From NCBI GenBank assembly GCA_040767965.1, contig JAXGNR010000008.1:32001-96000 (forward strand): DNA of 64,000 bases. The letters run 5' to 3'. Shown here in pieces: positions 1 to 11,000 of the stretch; position 1 is the stretch's first letter, and every line of letters begins with the position of its first letter. The notes below the pieces were generated by a model. The model had not been told where the DNA came from. It made no database searches and saw only the letters and a list, made by a program, of their open reading frames with translations. This stretch comes from Atribacterota bacterium. Its GTDB lineage: Bacteria > Atribacterota > Phoenicimicrobiia > Phoenicimicrobiales > Stramentimicrobiaceae. The position numbers were made by a program, and so were the translations under genes.

Positions 1-787
1 CAGGAATAACATTAACTGCTGTTCCTCCATTAATAGTAGTAATAGCCATTGATGCATGCCCTGTATAAGGTTCTGTTTCTTTTTCTACTGTCAAAGATAG
101 TTTGTCCAGTAAAGGTATTAATTTTGCCATATAGGAAATTGAATTAACTCCTTTGCGTGGACTGCTGGCATGAGCAGCGTTTCCTTTTATTGTTATTTCT
201 AATCTTATTACTCCTTTATGGGCAAATTTAGGTTCAAGGTTTGTTGGTTCTCCTAAAACAGCCGCCTCTGCTTTATATCCTTTCTGCATTGCTATTTGTG
301 AACCAATACCGCCTCTTTCTTCTCCGCCTACCACCATTAAAAGCAAACGACCATTCAGGTCTTCGATTACCGGAATTAAACTTTCAAAAGTTACCAGCAT
401 TGCAGCCAGGGATCCTTTATCATCACAAGCACCAAGTCCAAATATTTTTTTTGTTTTAATAGAAGGCTGAAAAGGATTTTTGGTCCAATTATTTTCATCT
501 GCTGGTGGCACAGTGTCTAGATGTGAGTGTAAAATTAATGAATTCTCACCTGTTCCGATTGAAGCAACAATGCCTATTTTGTGGTTTTTATAATAAAGTA
601 AATCATATTCTACTTGCATTTTTTTTAATCTTTTTTCCAGGTATTCAACCCCATCCTGCTCCATCCCGCCTTCCTGGTAAGTCTTTATTTTAATTAAATC
701 CTGTAATGTGTTAATAATATTTTCTTTTATTGACAGAGAATCATTTTCTAACAATCTGGAGTAACTGGATGAATCTTCTTTTTTCAT
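1..787 (-). CDS. M20 metallopeptidase (ArgE/DapE-like deacylase), 3' end outside window; absent from ORF track
   Basis: Manual translation from ATG at 787 (RBS AAAGGA) gives ...LHSHLDTVP...GLGACDDKGSLAAM...GGEERGG...LGEPT...GNAAHASSP...GGTAVNVIP, the M20A motifs; open to the window edge. Confidence 0.9.
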   Translation of the reverse strand, partial: MKKEDSSSYSRLLENDSLSIKENIINTLQDLIKIKTYQEGGMEQDGVEYLEKRLKKMQVEYDLLYYKNHKIGIVASIGTGENSLILHSHLDTVPPADENNWTKNPFQPSIKTKKIFGLGACDDKGSLAAMLVTFESLIPVIEDLNGRLLLMVVGGEERGGIGSQIAMQKGYKAEAAVLGEPTNLEPKFAHKGVIRLEITIKGNAAHASSPRKGVNSISYMAKLIPLLDKLSLTVEKETEPYTGHASMAITTINGGTAVNVIP

Positions 788-800
788 ATAATAGTCCTTT

Positions 801-1844
801 TTAATTAATTCCTAATATTTCAAATACTACATTTAAAACAATTTCTATATCTTTTTTTTCAATTCCCAGGTGGGTGACAAATCTGATTTTTTTACCATTT
901 GCGGGAGCATTAACCTTGATATTTTTTTCAAGGAGCTTACTGCAAAAAAGATCATTTTGAATATGCGGAGGAGTGTTGGCATAAACCATATTTGTTTGAA
1001 CATTTTCTAAATCTAGATTAAATCCTAAATTTAGAAGTCCTTCGGCAAGCAAAATAGCATTTTTATGATCATCAATTAATCTATTTATATTATTTTTTAG
1101 TGCATAGATACCAGCAGCAGCCATTAGCCCGCCTTGTCTTAATCCTCCTCCTAACATTTGTCTGTTTTTTCGAGCCTTGGCAATAAAATCTTTAGTACCA
1201 ACCACAATTGATCCATAAGGACACCCTAAGTCTTTTGAGAGGCAAAAGGTAATCGAATCAGCTTCTTTCACGAGGTCCGAAGCTTCAGTCTGAGAACAAA
1301 TAGCAGCATTAAATATTCTTGCACCATCAATATGTATTTTTAGACCGTTTTGATGTGCAGCAAGACATAAACTATTAAATAACTTCTTTTTTAAGATAGT
1401 ACCGCCAGCAGCATTATGTGGGTTTTCAATACACAGCAGAGTGGTTTTTGAAGATAGAATTCTGTTATCGCTTATATTTTCAGCAATATCCTCTATACCA
1501 AAAAAACCATTTTTGCCTATAATACATTTAGGAAGCAATCCGGCAATTGCACTTATATTACCGCTTTCACAGCGAAAGATATGGGAGTCTTTTTCCAGCA
1601 AGACAGATTCACCACGGTTAGTATGACTCATTATTGATACCAGGTTACCCATAGTACCGCTTGTTACAAACAATCCGGCTTCTTTGCCTAAAAGATGGGC
1701 AGACAATTCTTCTAATTCTTTAACAGCAGCATCATCACCATAAAAATCATCACCAATCTGGGCATTGTTTATAGCAACCAGCATTTCTTTTGTTGGCATT
1801 GTAACTGTATCGCTTCTTAAATCAATTACCTTATTCTTGATCAT
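801..1844 (-). CDS. ltaE: Low-specificity L-threonine aldolase family PLP enzyme (divergent copy)
   Basis: DLRSDTVT, SGTMGN, HIDGARIFNA, FCLSK(D)LG, GGGLRQ. Confidence 0.85.
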   Translation of the reverse strand: MIKNKVIDLRSDTVTMPTKEMLVAINNAQIGDDFYGDDAAVKELEELSAHLLGKEAGLFVTSGTMGNLVSIMSHTNRGESVLLEKDSHIFRCESGNISAIAGLLPKCIIGKNGFFGIEDIAENISDNRILSSKTTLLCIENPHNAAGGTILKKKLFNSLCLAAHQNGLKIHIDGARIFNAAICSQTEASDLVKEADSITFCLSKDLGCPYGSIVVGTKDFIAKARKNRQMLGGGLRQGGLMAAAGIYALKNNINRLIDDHKNAILLAEGLLNLGFNLDLENVQTNMVYANTPPHIQNDLFCSKLLEKNIKVNAPANGKKIRFVTHLGIEKKDIEIVLNVVFEILGIN

Positions 1845-1992
1845 CTAATTCTCCATTCGATATTTTTCCAATTTTTTCTAAAGAATTACTTCATAAACTA
1901 TATCAAACCATTCTTTAATTTTCCAGTATATCTGTTTTGAAAAAATTATGAAACCAAAAATAAAAGAAGTAAACAGCAGGAGCATTCATTAA

Positions 1993-2021
1993 TTGACATA
2001 AAAAGTGGAAAAACTTATAAT
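1993..2021 (+). promoter_or_regulatory. Sigma70-type promoter of the T-box leader
   Basis: TTGACA(1993-1998)-17 nt-TATAAT(2016-2021), perfect consensus. Confidence 0.8.
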
Positions 2022-2035
2022 TAAAAATGAAAGAA

Positions 2036-2291
2036 TGCTTTTAAGGAAAACTAAATCTTTTTATCTTATACAGAGAACCGCAGTTGGTGTAAAGGCGGTT
2101 AAGAAAAATGATTAAATTCCACCTTAAATGTAGTTCCAGTCTACAAAATATTTTTGTTATTTGTTTAACTTTATAAAACATAATAAAGATTATTATTCAG
2201 AAAGAGCAGTTCACTCTGTTGAATTAGGGTGGTACCACGTGATTAAACTCTCGTCCCTAGGATTTTACAGTCTATAGACGGGGGTTTTTTG
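2036..2291 (+). ncRNA. T-box riboswitch, Ser specifier (UCC), transcription-attenuation type
   Basis: Stem I closed by TTAAGG/CCTTAA with AGAGA and GGTG distal motifs; specifier TCC at 2118-2120 followed by A; T-box AGGGTGGTACCACG 2226-2239; terminator CTCTCGTC...GACGGGGG + U-tract to 2290; serS lies downstream. Confidence 0.9.
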
Positions 2292-2314
2292 TTTTTTTCA
2301 GAGGGATATTTGTC

Positions 2315-2743
2315 ATGGAAAAATATATAGTTATTGAACATACTGCAGATATAGGGTTAAAAGTATTAGGTAATACTAAAAAGGAATTATTCATAAATGC
2401 TGCCAGAGGAATGTTTTTTCTTATTACCGGATTGTCTCTGGATAAGAAACCTTTTAAAAAACAATATTTACCAGTTGAATGCAATGCAGCAGGACTAGAG
2501 GATTTACTGGTTGCCTGGTTAAATGAACTGCTTTTTATCCATAACACCGATTTTCTTTTTTTAAATGAATTTAAGATAGAAAGCCTGACAGGTAATTTTC
2601 TTAAATCTCAAGTAGGAGGATTTAGATTAAAGGAGTTTCCTTGTAAAATAAACAATGAAATCAAAGCAGTAACTTATCATAATTTAAATATTTCTAAAAA
2701 TAAAAAGAAACAATGGGAAACTTCAGTAATATTTGATATTTAA
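2315..2743 (+). CDS. Archease (RtcB activator)
   Basis: N-terminal EHTAD, WLNELLF, IKAVTYH, C-terminal FDI; adjacent to rtcB. Confidence 0.92.
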   Translation: MEKYIVIEHTADIGLKVLGNTKKELFINAARGMFFLITGLSLDKKPFKKQYLPVECNAAGLEDLLVAWLNELLFIHNTDFLFLNEFKIESLTGNFLKSQVGGFRLKEFPCKINNEIKAVTYHNLNISKNKKKQWETSVIFDI

Positions 2744-2808
2744 AATATTCTCAATATTTAATTTATAGTTCATTATTACAAGTGGTATTTTGGAAAGGGT
2801 TTATTAGA

Positions 2809-4266
2809 ATGGGAACAAACTGGGAAGAAATATTAATACAAAAAAATGAAGTTATATGGGATATACCAAAAGAAATTTTTTCAGGGATGATGGTAGATGG
2901 ACGTATCTATGCTTCTATAGGATTGATAAACCAGATAGTCCAAGATCAATCATTACAACAGGTAGTTAATGTTGCTTTTTTACCAGGTATAGTCGGTTAT
3001 TCCTTGGCAATGCCAGATATTCATTGGGGATATGGTTTCCCTATTGGCGGAGTTGCTGCTACCCGAGTTGAAGATGGGGTTATTTCACCTGGAGGTGTTG
3101 GTTTTGATATTAATTGCGGGGTAAGATTAATCAGGTCCAATTTATTTATTAATGATCTTAAAAGTAAATTAGAAACCCTATTGGAATTGCTCTATAAAAA
3201 AATTCCTTCTGGTGTAGGAGCAGAAGGCAATCTTAAATTAACCCCTTCTGAATTAAAACAGGTTTTGGCAGAAGGAGCACAGTGGGTTATTAAAAAAGGA
3301 TATGGGGAAAAAGACGATTTTTTGTTTAGTGAAGAAAAAGGGAAAATGATTCATGCCAATCCAGAGATAATTAGCAAAAAAGCTTTACAAAGAAGTGCTA
3401 CTCAACTGGGAACATTGGGTTCAGGAAATCATTTTTTAGAAATACAGATTGTTGATAAAATTTATCAACCGAAAATAGCACAATCTTTTGGTCTGGAAAA
3501 AGATATGGTTGTTATTGCCATTCATACAGGATCCAGAGGATTTGGTCACCAGGTCTGTACTGATTATTTATCAAAAATGCAGAAGGCTGTACAAAAATAT
3601 CATCTTAGTTTACCAGATAAACAGCTAGCTTGTGCACCGATAAATTCACCGGAAGGTCTGGAATATTATCAGGCAATGTGTTGTGCAGCTAATTTTGCCT
3701 GGGCTAATCGCCAATATATAACTTATTGGATTAGAGAAATTTTTGAAAATGTTTTTCGTATGACAGCTGACCAAATAGGACTGAATCTGGTTTATGATGT
3801 TGCCCATAACATTGCTAAAAAGGAAATGCATCGATTTGCTGGAAAAGAAATGCAATTATGTGTACATAGAAAAGGAGCAACCAGGGCTTTTCCGCCAGAT
3901 CATCCTGATTTGCCTGCAAAATATCAGCAAGCTGGACAGCCTGTACTTGTTCCAGGGGATATGGGAAGATATTCATACTGTTTAGCCGGCAAAAAAGAGG
4001 CGATGGAAAATACTTTTGGGTCAGCTTGTCATGGAGCAGGCAGGATATTAAGCAGGGGAGCTGCCAAAAAAGAAACTGAAGGCAGAAATATCAGTGCAGA
4101 ATTAAAAGAAAAAAATATTTTAGTTAAAGCAAGAAATAGAAATACTCTGCGAGAAGAGTTTCCCGCTGCCTATAAAGATGTTTCAGAGGTAGTAAAAGTA
4201 ATAGAAGTTAGCAATATATGTGAAAAAGTAGCCAGAATGCGCCCCTTAGGAGTTATCAAGGGTTAA
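2809..4266 (+). CDS. rtcB: RtcB RNA 2',3'-cyclic/3'-phosphate-5'-OH ligase (long, archease-associated type)
   Basis: MPDIHWGYGFPIGG, GFDINCG, GSGNHFLE, HTGSRG, HNIAK, HRKGATRA, SACHGAGR; ATG 2809 preferred to GTG 2782. Confidence 0.95.
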   Translation: MGTNWEEILIQKNEVIWDIPKEIFSGMMVDGRIYASIGLINQIVQDQSLQQVVNVAFLPGIVGYSLAMPDIHWGYGFPIGGVAATRVEDGVISPGGVGFDINCGVRLIRSNLFINDLKSKLETLLELLYKKIPSGVGAEGNLKLTPSELKQVLAEGAQWVIKKGYGEKDDFLFSEEKGKMIHANPEIISKKALQRSATQLGTLGSGNHFLEIQIVDKIYQPKIAQSFGLEKDMVVIAIHTGSRGFGHQVCTDYLSKMQKAVQKYHLSLPDKQLACAPINSPEGLEYYQAMCCAANFAWANRQYITYWIREIFENVFRMTADQIGLNLVYDVAHNIAKKEMHRFAGKEMQLCVHRKGATRAFPPDHPDLPAKYQQAGQPVLVPGDMGRYSYCLAGKKEAMENTFGSACHGAGRILSRGAAKKETEGRNISAELKEKNILVKARNRNTLREEFPAAYKDVSEVVKVIEVSNICEKVARMRPLGVIKG

Positions 4267-4275
4267 AGCAATTAA

Positions 4276-5601
<1,326 letters not shown>

Positions 5602-5689
5602 GGTAAAATTTGGTTGCTAATATAATACATGTCTGTTAATATTATTTATTGTTAAACTAACAACCAGATCAACAGATTTTATTTTTTGC

Positions 5690-5775
5690 GGAGGGATGTC
5701 CGAATGGCAAGGGGCCGGTCTTGAAAACCGGTGTAGGCGTAAGCTGTCTGGGTTCGAATCCCAGTCCCTCCGCCA
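5690..5775 (+). tRNA. tRNA-Ser(TGA)
   Basis: Acceptor GGAGGGA/TCCCTCC + GCCA, anticodon arm CCGGT-CTTGAAA-ACCGG, long variable arm, T-loop TTCGAAT. Confidence 0.95.
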
Positions 5776-5997
5776 GTTTAATTACTTTTAAATAAAATAA
5801 TTAATCCACATAAAAAACTTAATAAAACTTCAAATTTATAAAAAAATACTTTCTAAGAGTTTCCAAATCCATTTTGCATTTACTTGTAATAACATAAAAA
5901 TCGTACGATGTGAAAAGAAAAGAATATATTCACAAAATATTTTTTCCCGGAAATAAGAACAAATAACAAATATTATAAAGAATACAGGTGGATTGGA

Positions 5998-7359
5998 ATG
6001 CAGTTTAAAACAATTAGAATAATAATAGTTTTCTCAATTATATTATTTTCTTTTTACTCCTTATCTTCAGCACAGGAATTCATGGAATCATCTTCAAATG
6101 AAGTAGCAATTAATACAATTTGGACTTTACTTGCAGCATTTTTAGTATTTTTTATGCAACCAGGTTTTGCAATGGTAGAAACAGGGTTAACCAGAGCAAA
6201 AAATGCTGCCAACATTTTAATGAAAAATCTAATGGATTTCTGTATTGGATCCATTGCCTACTGGATAATCGGATTTGGAATAATGTTTGGAATGGATAAA
6301 ATCGGATTATTTGGAATTAGTGGTTTTTTGTTAAGTGATGCTACTCCTTTAACAGAAGAAGGTATGTGGAATTTTGCTTTTTGGATGTTTCAAGTAGTAT
6401 TTGCAGCAACTGCTGCTACTATTGTTTCAGGTACTTTAGCTGAAAGAACTAAGTATATTTCTTATTTAATTTATTCTTTCTTTATTTGTGCCTTTATTTA
6501 CCCGGTTGTAGGTCATTGGATTTGGGGAGGAGGTTGGCTTTCTAATAGAGGTATTATTGATTTTGCTGGTTCTACAGTTGTTCATTCGGTAGGAGGATGG
6601 ACTGGTTTGGCTGGAGCTATAGTTTTAGGTCCACGTTTAGGTAAATATAATAAAGATGGAACTTCTAATGCAATCCCAGGGCATAACCTACCATTGGCAG
6701 CCTTGGGAGTCTTTATACTTTGGTTTGGCTGGTTTGGTTTTAATCCAGGAAGCACTATTTCTGGTACAAATTTAAGCATTGCGATTATTGCAGTAACAAC
6801 CAATTTGTCAGCCTCAGCCGGTGCTTTATCAGCAATGATTACCTCCTGGTTCAGATTTAGCAAGCCAGACACTGGCATGTCCTTAAACGGGGCATTAGCT
6901 GGTTTAGTAGCGATTACTGCTCCTTGTGCAAGCGTATCACCACTAAGTGCAGTAATTATAGGTTTTGTTGCAGGAATTATTGTTGTGCTAAGTGTTGAGT
7001 TTATTGATAAAGTACTTCATATTGATGACCCTGTTGGAGCCATATCTGTCCATGGATTGTGTGGAGCTTGGGGGACATTATCAGTAGGCCTTTTTGCACA
7101 AGCATCTTATGGAAAAGCAAGCGGGGTTGGTGCTGTAAATGGGCTATTTTTTGGAGGAGGATTTAGTCAACTCTCTTCTCAATTGACTGGAATAATAATA
7201 GTATTTCTGTATGTATTTGTTTCAGGATATATTCTTTTTTATTTAATTGATAAATTAATTGGATTAAGGGCTTCTGATGAAGAACAATTAAAAGGATTAG
7301 ACTTAAGTGAACATGGGAATGAATCTTATGCAGGATTCCAGATTTTTACTACTGAGTAA
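5998..7359 (+). CDS. amtB: Ammonium transporter
   Basis: FFMQPGFAMVE, FQVVFAATAATIVSG, DFAGSTVVH, WFGWFGFNPGS, DDPVGAISVHG. Confidence 0.96.
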   Translation: MQFKTIRIIIVFSIILFSFYSLSSAQEFMESSSNEVAINTIWTLLAAFLVFFMQPGFAMVETGLTRAKNAANILMKNLMDFCIGSIAYWIIGFGIMFGMDKIGLFGISGFLLSDATPLTEEGMWNFAFWMFQVVFAATAATIVSGTLAERTKYISYLIYSFFICAFIYPVVGHWIWGGGWLSNRGIIDFAGSTVVHSVGGWTGLAGAIVLGPRLGKYNKDGTSNAIPGHNLPLAALGVFILWFGWFGFNPGSTISGTNLSIAIIAVTTNLSASAGALSAMITSWFRFSKPDTGMSLNGALAGLVAITAPCASVSPLSAVIIGFVAGIIVVLSVEFIDKVLHIDDPVGAISVHGLCGAWGTLSVGLFAQASYGKASGVGAVNGLFFGGGFSQLSSQLTGIIIVFLYVFVSGYILFYLIDKLIGLRASDEEQLKGLDLSEHGNESYAGFQIFTTE

Positions 7360-7374
7360 AGGAGACAGGCGAAA

Positions 7375-7716
7375 ATGAAATTAATAACTTGCATGATACA
7401 ACCGCACAAGCTTCCTGATGTTAAAAAAGAATTATATAATGCAAAAGTGTTTAAAATGACTGTTACTAATGCGCTGGGGTGTGGACAACAAAAAGGTTAT
7501 ACTAAAACCTATAGAGGAGTGATAACTAAAGTAAATTTATTAAAAAAGGTAAAATTAGAAATTGCAGTAAATAATGACTTTGTAGAAACTGCAATAGAAG
7601 CAATTATTAAAGGAGCAAGGACAGGAGAAATCGGTGATGGAAAAATTTTTATCCAGGATCTTCTAGATTGTATTAGAATTAGAACAGGCGAGTCTGGAGA
7701 AACTGCTATTGGGTAA
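7375..7716 (+). CDS. glnK: P-II nitrogen regulatory protein
   Basis: GCGQQKG..TYRG T-loop, [17 protein letters not shown]; follows amtB. Confidence 0.92.
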   Translation: MKLITCMIQPHKLPDVKKELYNAKVFKMTVTNALGCGQQKGYTKTYRGVITKVNLLKKVKLEIAVNNDFVETAIEAIIKGARTGEIGDGKIFIQDLLDCIRIRTGESGETAIG

Positions 7717-7790
7717 CAATAATTTCAAAAAAATAGTAGTTGACAAAAAATTTATTCTTTAAAAAAGAAAAAGGCTGTTATTTAAAATAC

Positions 7791-7920
7791 AGAAGTGTAC
7801 CTAGGGTTCCGCTTTAAGTTTAGATAAAAATAGATTAAACATAAAGGGCTGGTCCAAGCGGTACAGACATCAATATAATTATGTTACACTTTTGGGGAAA
7901 AAGCCCAAAGGAGAGGTTCT
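7791..7920 (+). ncRNA. ykkC-family riboswitch aptamer, probably subtype 2a (ppGpp)
   Basis: AGAAGTGTACCTAGGGTTCCG...GGTCCAAGCGGTACA...TACAC...GGGGAAAAAGCCC...AGGTTCT with P0 AGAA/TTCT; upstream of glutamate synthase. Confidence 0.85.
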
Positions 7921-7951
7921 GTGAAAGAATTTCTTCTTTGGGCTTTTTCTA
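7899..7951 (+). terminator. Riboswitch expression-platform terminator
   Basis: AGCCCAAAGGAGAGGTTCT pairs with AGAATTTCTTCTTTGGGCT and is followed by TTTTCT; overlaps aptamer 3' half (ON switch geometry). Confidence 0.8.
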
Positions 7952-8024
7952 TTTTATAAAATATAAAGCAAAACAATTTAAAAAGTTTAAAACAAAAAAT
8001 AAGCAGGGATGGTATCTAAATAAC

Positions 8025-11000
8025 ATGAAGCATTTAAAACAAATTGGATTATATCAAAAGGATTTTGAACATGACAATTGTGGCGTTGGTTTTATCGCAT
8101 CAACAGATGGAGTAAAATCTCATCAAATAGTAAGAGATGGTATTTCAATTCTCAAAAATTTAGTTCATAGAGGAGCGTTGGGTGGTGATTTAATGACTGG
8201 AGATGGTGCTGGAATGCTTATTCAAATTCCTCATAAGTTTTTTTTAAAAAAGACTTTAGAACTTGGATTTGACATTGGAGAAAAAGGTAGTTACGGAGTA
8301 GGTTTTTTATTTATGCCCAACAAAAAAGTTTTACGCGAACGGATTAAAAAAATAATTGAGAATACTCTACAAAAAGAAGGTGTAGAAATATTTGGTTGGC
8401 GTAAAGTTCCTCTGAACTTAAATTGTATTGGTCAGATTGCCAAAGAAAAAGTTCCATATATGGAACAAATTTTTCTTGATTTATCTGAAAAACCCAAAGA
8501 ATATCTAGAACAGACTCTTTATATTATAAGAAAATGTATTGAAAAAAATGTAAAAACAATTGGCGTTTCTACAGAAGATTTTTATATTCCCAGTTTTTCT
8601 TCCAGGACTATTATTTATAAAGGAATGTTCGTTGCACCTCAGTTTGAGAGTTTTTATCCTGATTTAATTGATGATGATTTTGCAAGTTCCTTTTCCATTG
8701 TTCATCAAAGATATAGCACTAATACTTTTCCTTCATGGGCTTTAGCCCATCCTTTTAGATTTCTTGCTCATAATGGAGAAATAAATACATTGAGGGGAAA
8801 TATTAACCATATAAATGCACGATTAGGAACACTTTTTTCCAAAATATTTGGGGAAAATATAAAAAAATTATTTCCTTTAATTAATGAAGAGGGAAGTGAT
8901 TCAGCTGTTTTTGATAATGTTTTTGAACTTTTAGTTCTGGCCGGAAGATCCATAGAACATACCATGATGATGATGATACCTGAAGCATTTGGAACAAAAT
9001 TTCATATTAGTGCTGACAAAAGAGCTTTTTATGAATTTCATTCTGCTTTTATGGAGCCATGGGATGGTCCGGCTGCTATTGTATTTACTGATGGTTATAA
9101 AATAGGTGCAGCTTTAGACAGAAACGGTTTAAGACCTTTAAGATATGTTATTACCAAGAATAAAAAAGTGGTGCTTGCCTCAGAAATTGGAGTTTTGGAT
9201 ATTCCTCAGGAAGATATTTTAGAAAAAGGACGGCTGGCTCCCGGGAAAATGTTTTTAGTAGATACAATTGAAAAAAGGATCAAGAAAGACAATGAAATTA
9301 AGGCTTTAGTTTCAAGACAGAAACCTTATCGCAGATGGCTGGAACAGAATAAAATAGAGTTACATGGATTGCTTCAGCATCCTGGTCCGATTAAAGCACA
9401 GCAAAATTCATTACTTGTTCGACAAAAAGCTTTTGGTTATACTCTAGAGGATCTAAACATGATAATTGTACCTATGGCAAAAAACGCACAAGAACCAATT
9501 GGTTCAATGGGAGATGACCAGGCATTAAGTGTTTTATCTGATAGACCACAACTTCTATATCGGTATTTTAAACAACTTTTTGCTCAAGTAACAAATCCTC
9601 CTATCGACCCTTATAGAGAAAATCTGGTTATGTCTTTAATGAGTTTTGTGGGGAAAGAGCAGAATTTACTTGAAGAATCACCTACGCATTGCCAACAACT
9701 TAAACTGGCTCATCCAATTCTTACTAATGAGGATATGAAAAAATTAATCCACTTTAATGAAAATGGTTTTAAAACAAGTATTGTGTATGCACTTTCTGAA
9801 ATAGAAAAAGGGAAAGTAAATTTTAAAGCTTCCCTTGTTAGTCTTTGTGAGCAAGTAGAAAAAAAAATTGATGAAGGTTATTCAATTGTTGTTATAAGTG
9901 ATCAGAATATGGATAAAGATCATATTCCTATTCCTGCCCTTTTAGCTACTTCAGCAGTTAATAATTATCTGGTAAAGAAAGAAAAGAGGCATCTGGTAGG
10001 TTTGGTTATTCAATCAGGAGAAGTAAAAGAGGTAATGGATTATGCTTTACTTATCGGCTATGGGGCTAGCGCCATAAATCCTTATTTAGTTTTTGAAACA
10101 ATTGCCAATATAAAAAACGAAATGAAGGTTTTTGATGGAAATAAATTAGAAACAGTTATAGACAATTATATAACAGCAGTAAAAAAAGGTCTTCTTAAAA
10201 TTATGTCTAAAATGGGAGTTTCAACTATTAGAAGCTACAAGAGTGCCCAGTTGTTTGAGGCAATTGGCTTAAACAAAGATTTTATAGATAAATATTTTAA
10301 GGGTACTGTTTCTAGAATTGGTGGAATTGGGTTAGATGTTGTAGAAGAAGAATCTTTGAGAAGGCATTTTTCAGCTTATCAAGAAGGAATGGAATCATTG
10401 GCTCTCGATCCAGGAGGAAGTTATCGATACAGGAAATCTTCAGAGAAACATTTATTAATTCCAGAAGCAATTGTTGCAATCCAAAAAGCTGTTAGGAGCA
10501 ATGACTATATGTTATATGGTAAATATGCACAACTAATAAATGATCAGAGCCGTCGCTTGTGTACATTGAGAGGTCTTTTTAAATTTAAAAATAAAAAACC
10601 AATACCAATAGAGGAAGTGGAAAATATTGATTCAATCGTAAAACGTTTTACTGCCTCAGGAATGAGTTTTGGGAGTCTTAGCAAAGAAGCCCATGAAACA
10701 ATTGCAATTGCTATGAATAGATTAGGGGCAAACAGTAATTCAGGTGAGGGAGGAGAAGATGAAGAGAGATACAAGCTGTTGCCAAACGGAGATTGTTGTT
10801 CCAGTATGGTTAAACAGGTTGCATCAGCCCGGTTTGGAGTTACCAGTAATTACTTGGCTAACGCAAGAGAAATACAAATAAAGATGGCTCAAGGGGCAAA
10901 ACCCGGAGAAGGAGGACAGCTCCCTGGAGAAAAAGTTGATAAAGTAATTGCTAAAGTAAGGCATTCAACTCCAGTAGTAATGCTGATATCTCCCCCTCCT

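Noticed and set aside
241-693. Short + strand ORFs (72 and 62 aa)
   Set aside because: Antisense shadows of the minus-strand M20 peptidase
5690-5775. Possible tRNA-Sec or suppressor tRNA
   Set aside because: Anticodon is TGA (Ser), not TCA; acceptor stem is the standard 7 bp
5909-5934. TGTGAA-N14-TTCACA upstream of amtB as a nitrogen-regulator box
   Set aside because: Spacing does not fit GlnR/TnrA (TGTNA-N7-TNACA) or NrpR; AT-rich chance match not excluded
7881-8024. 48-aa N-terminal extension of GltB in the ORF track
   Set aside because: Starts inside the riboswitch aptamer/terminator; ATG 8025 gives a normal leader before the catalytic Cys
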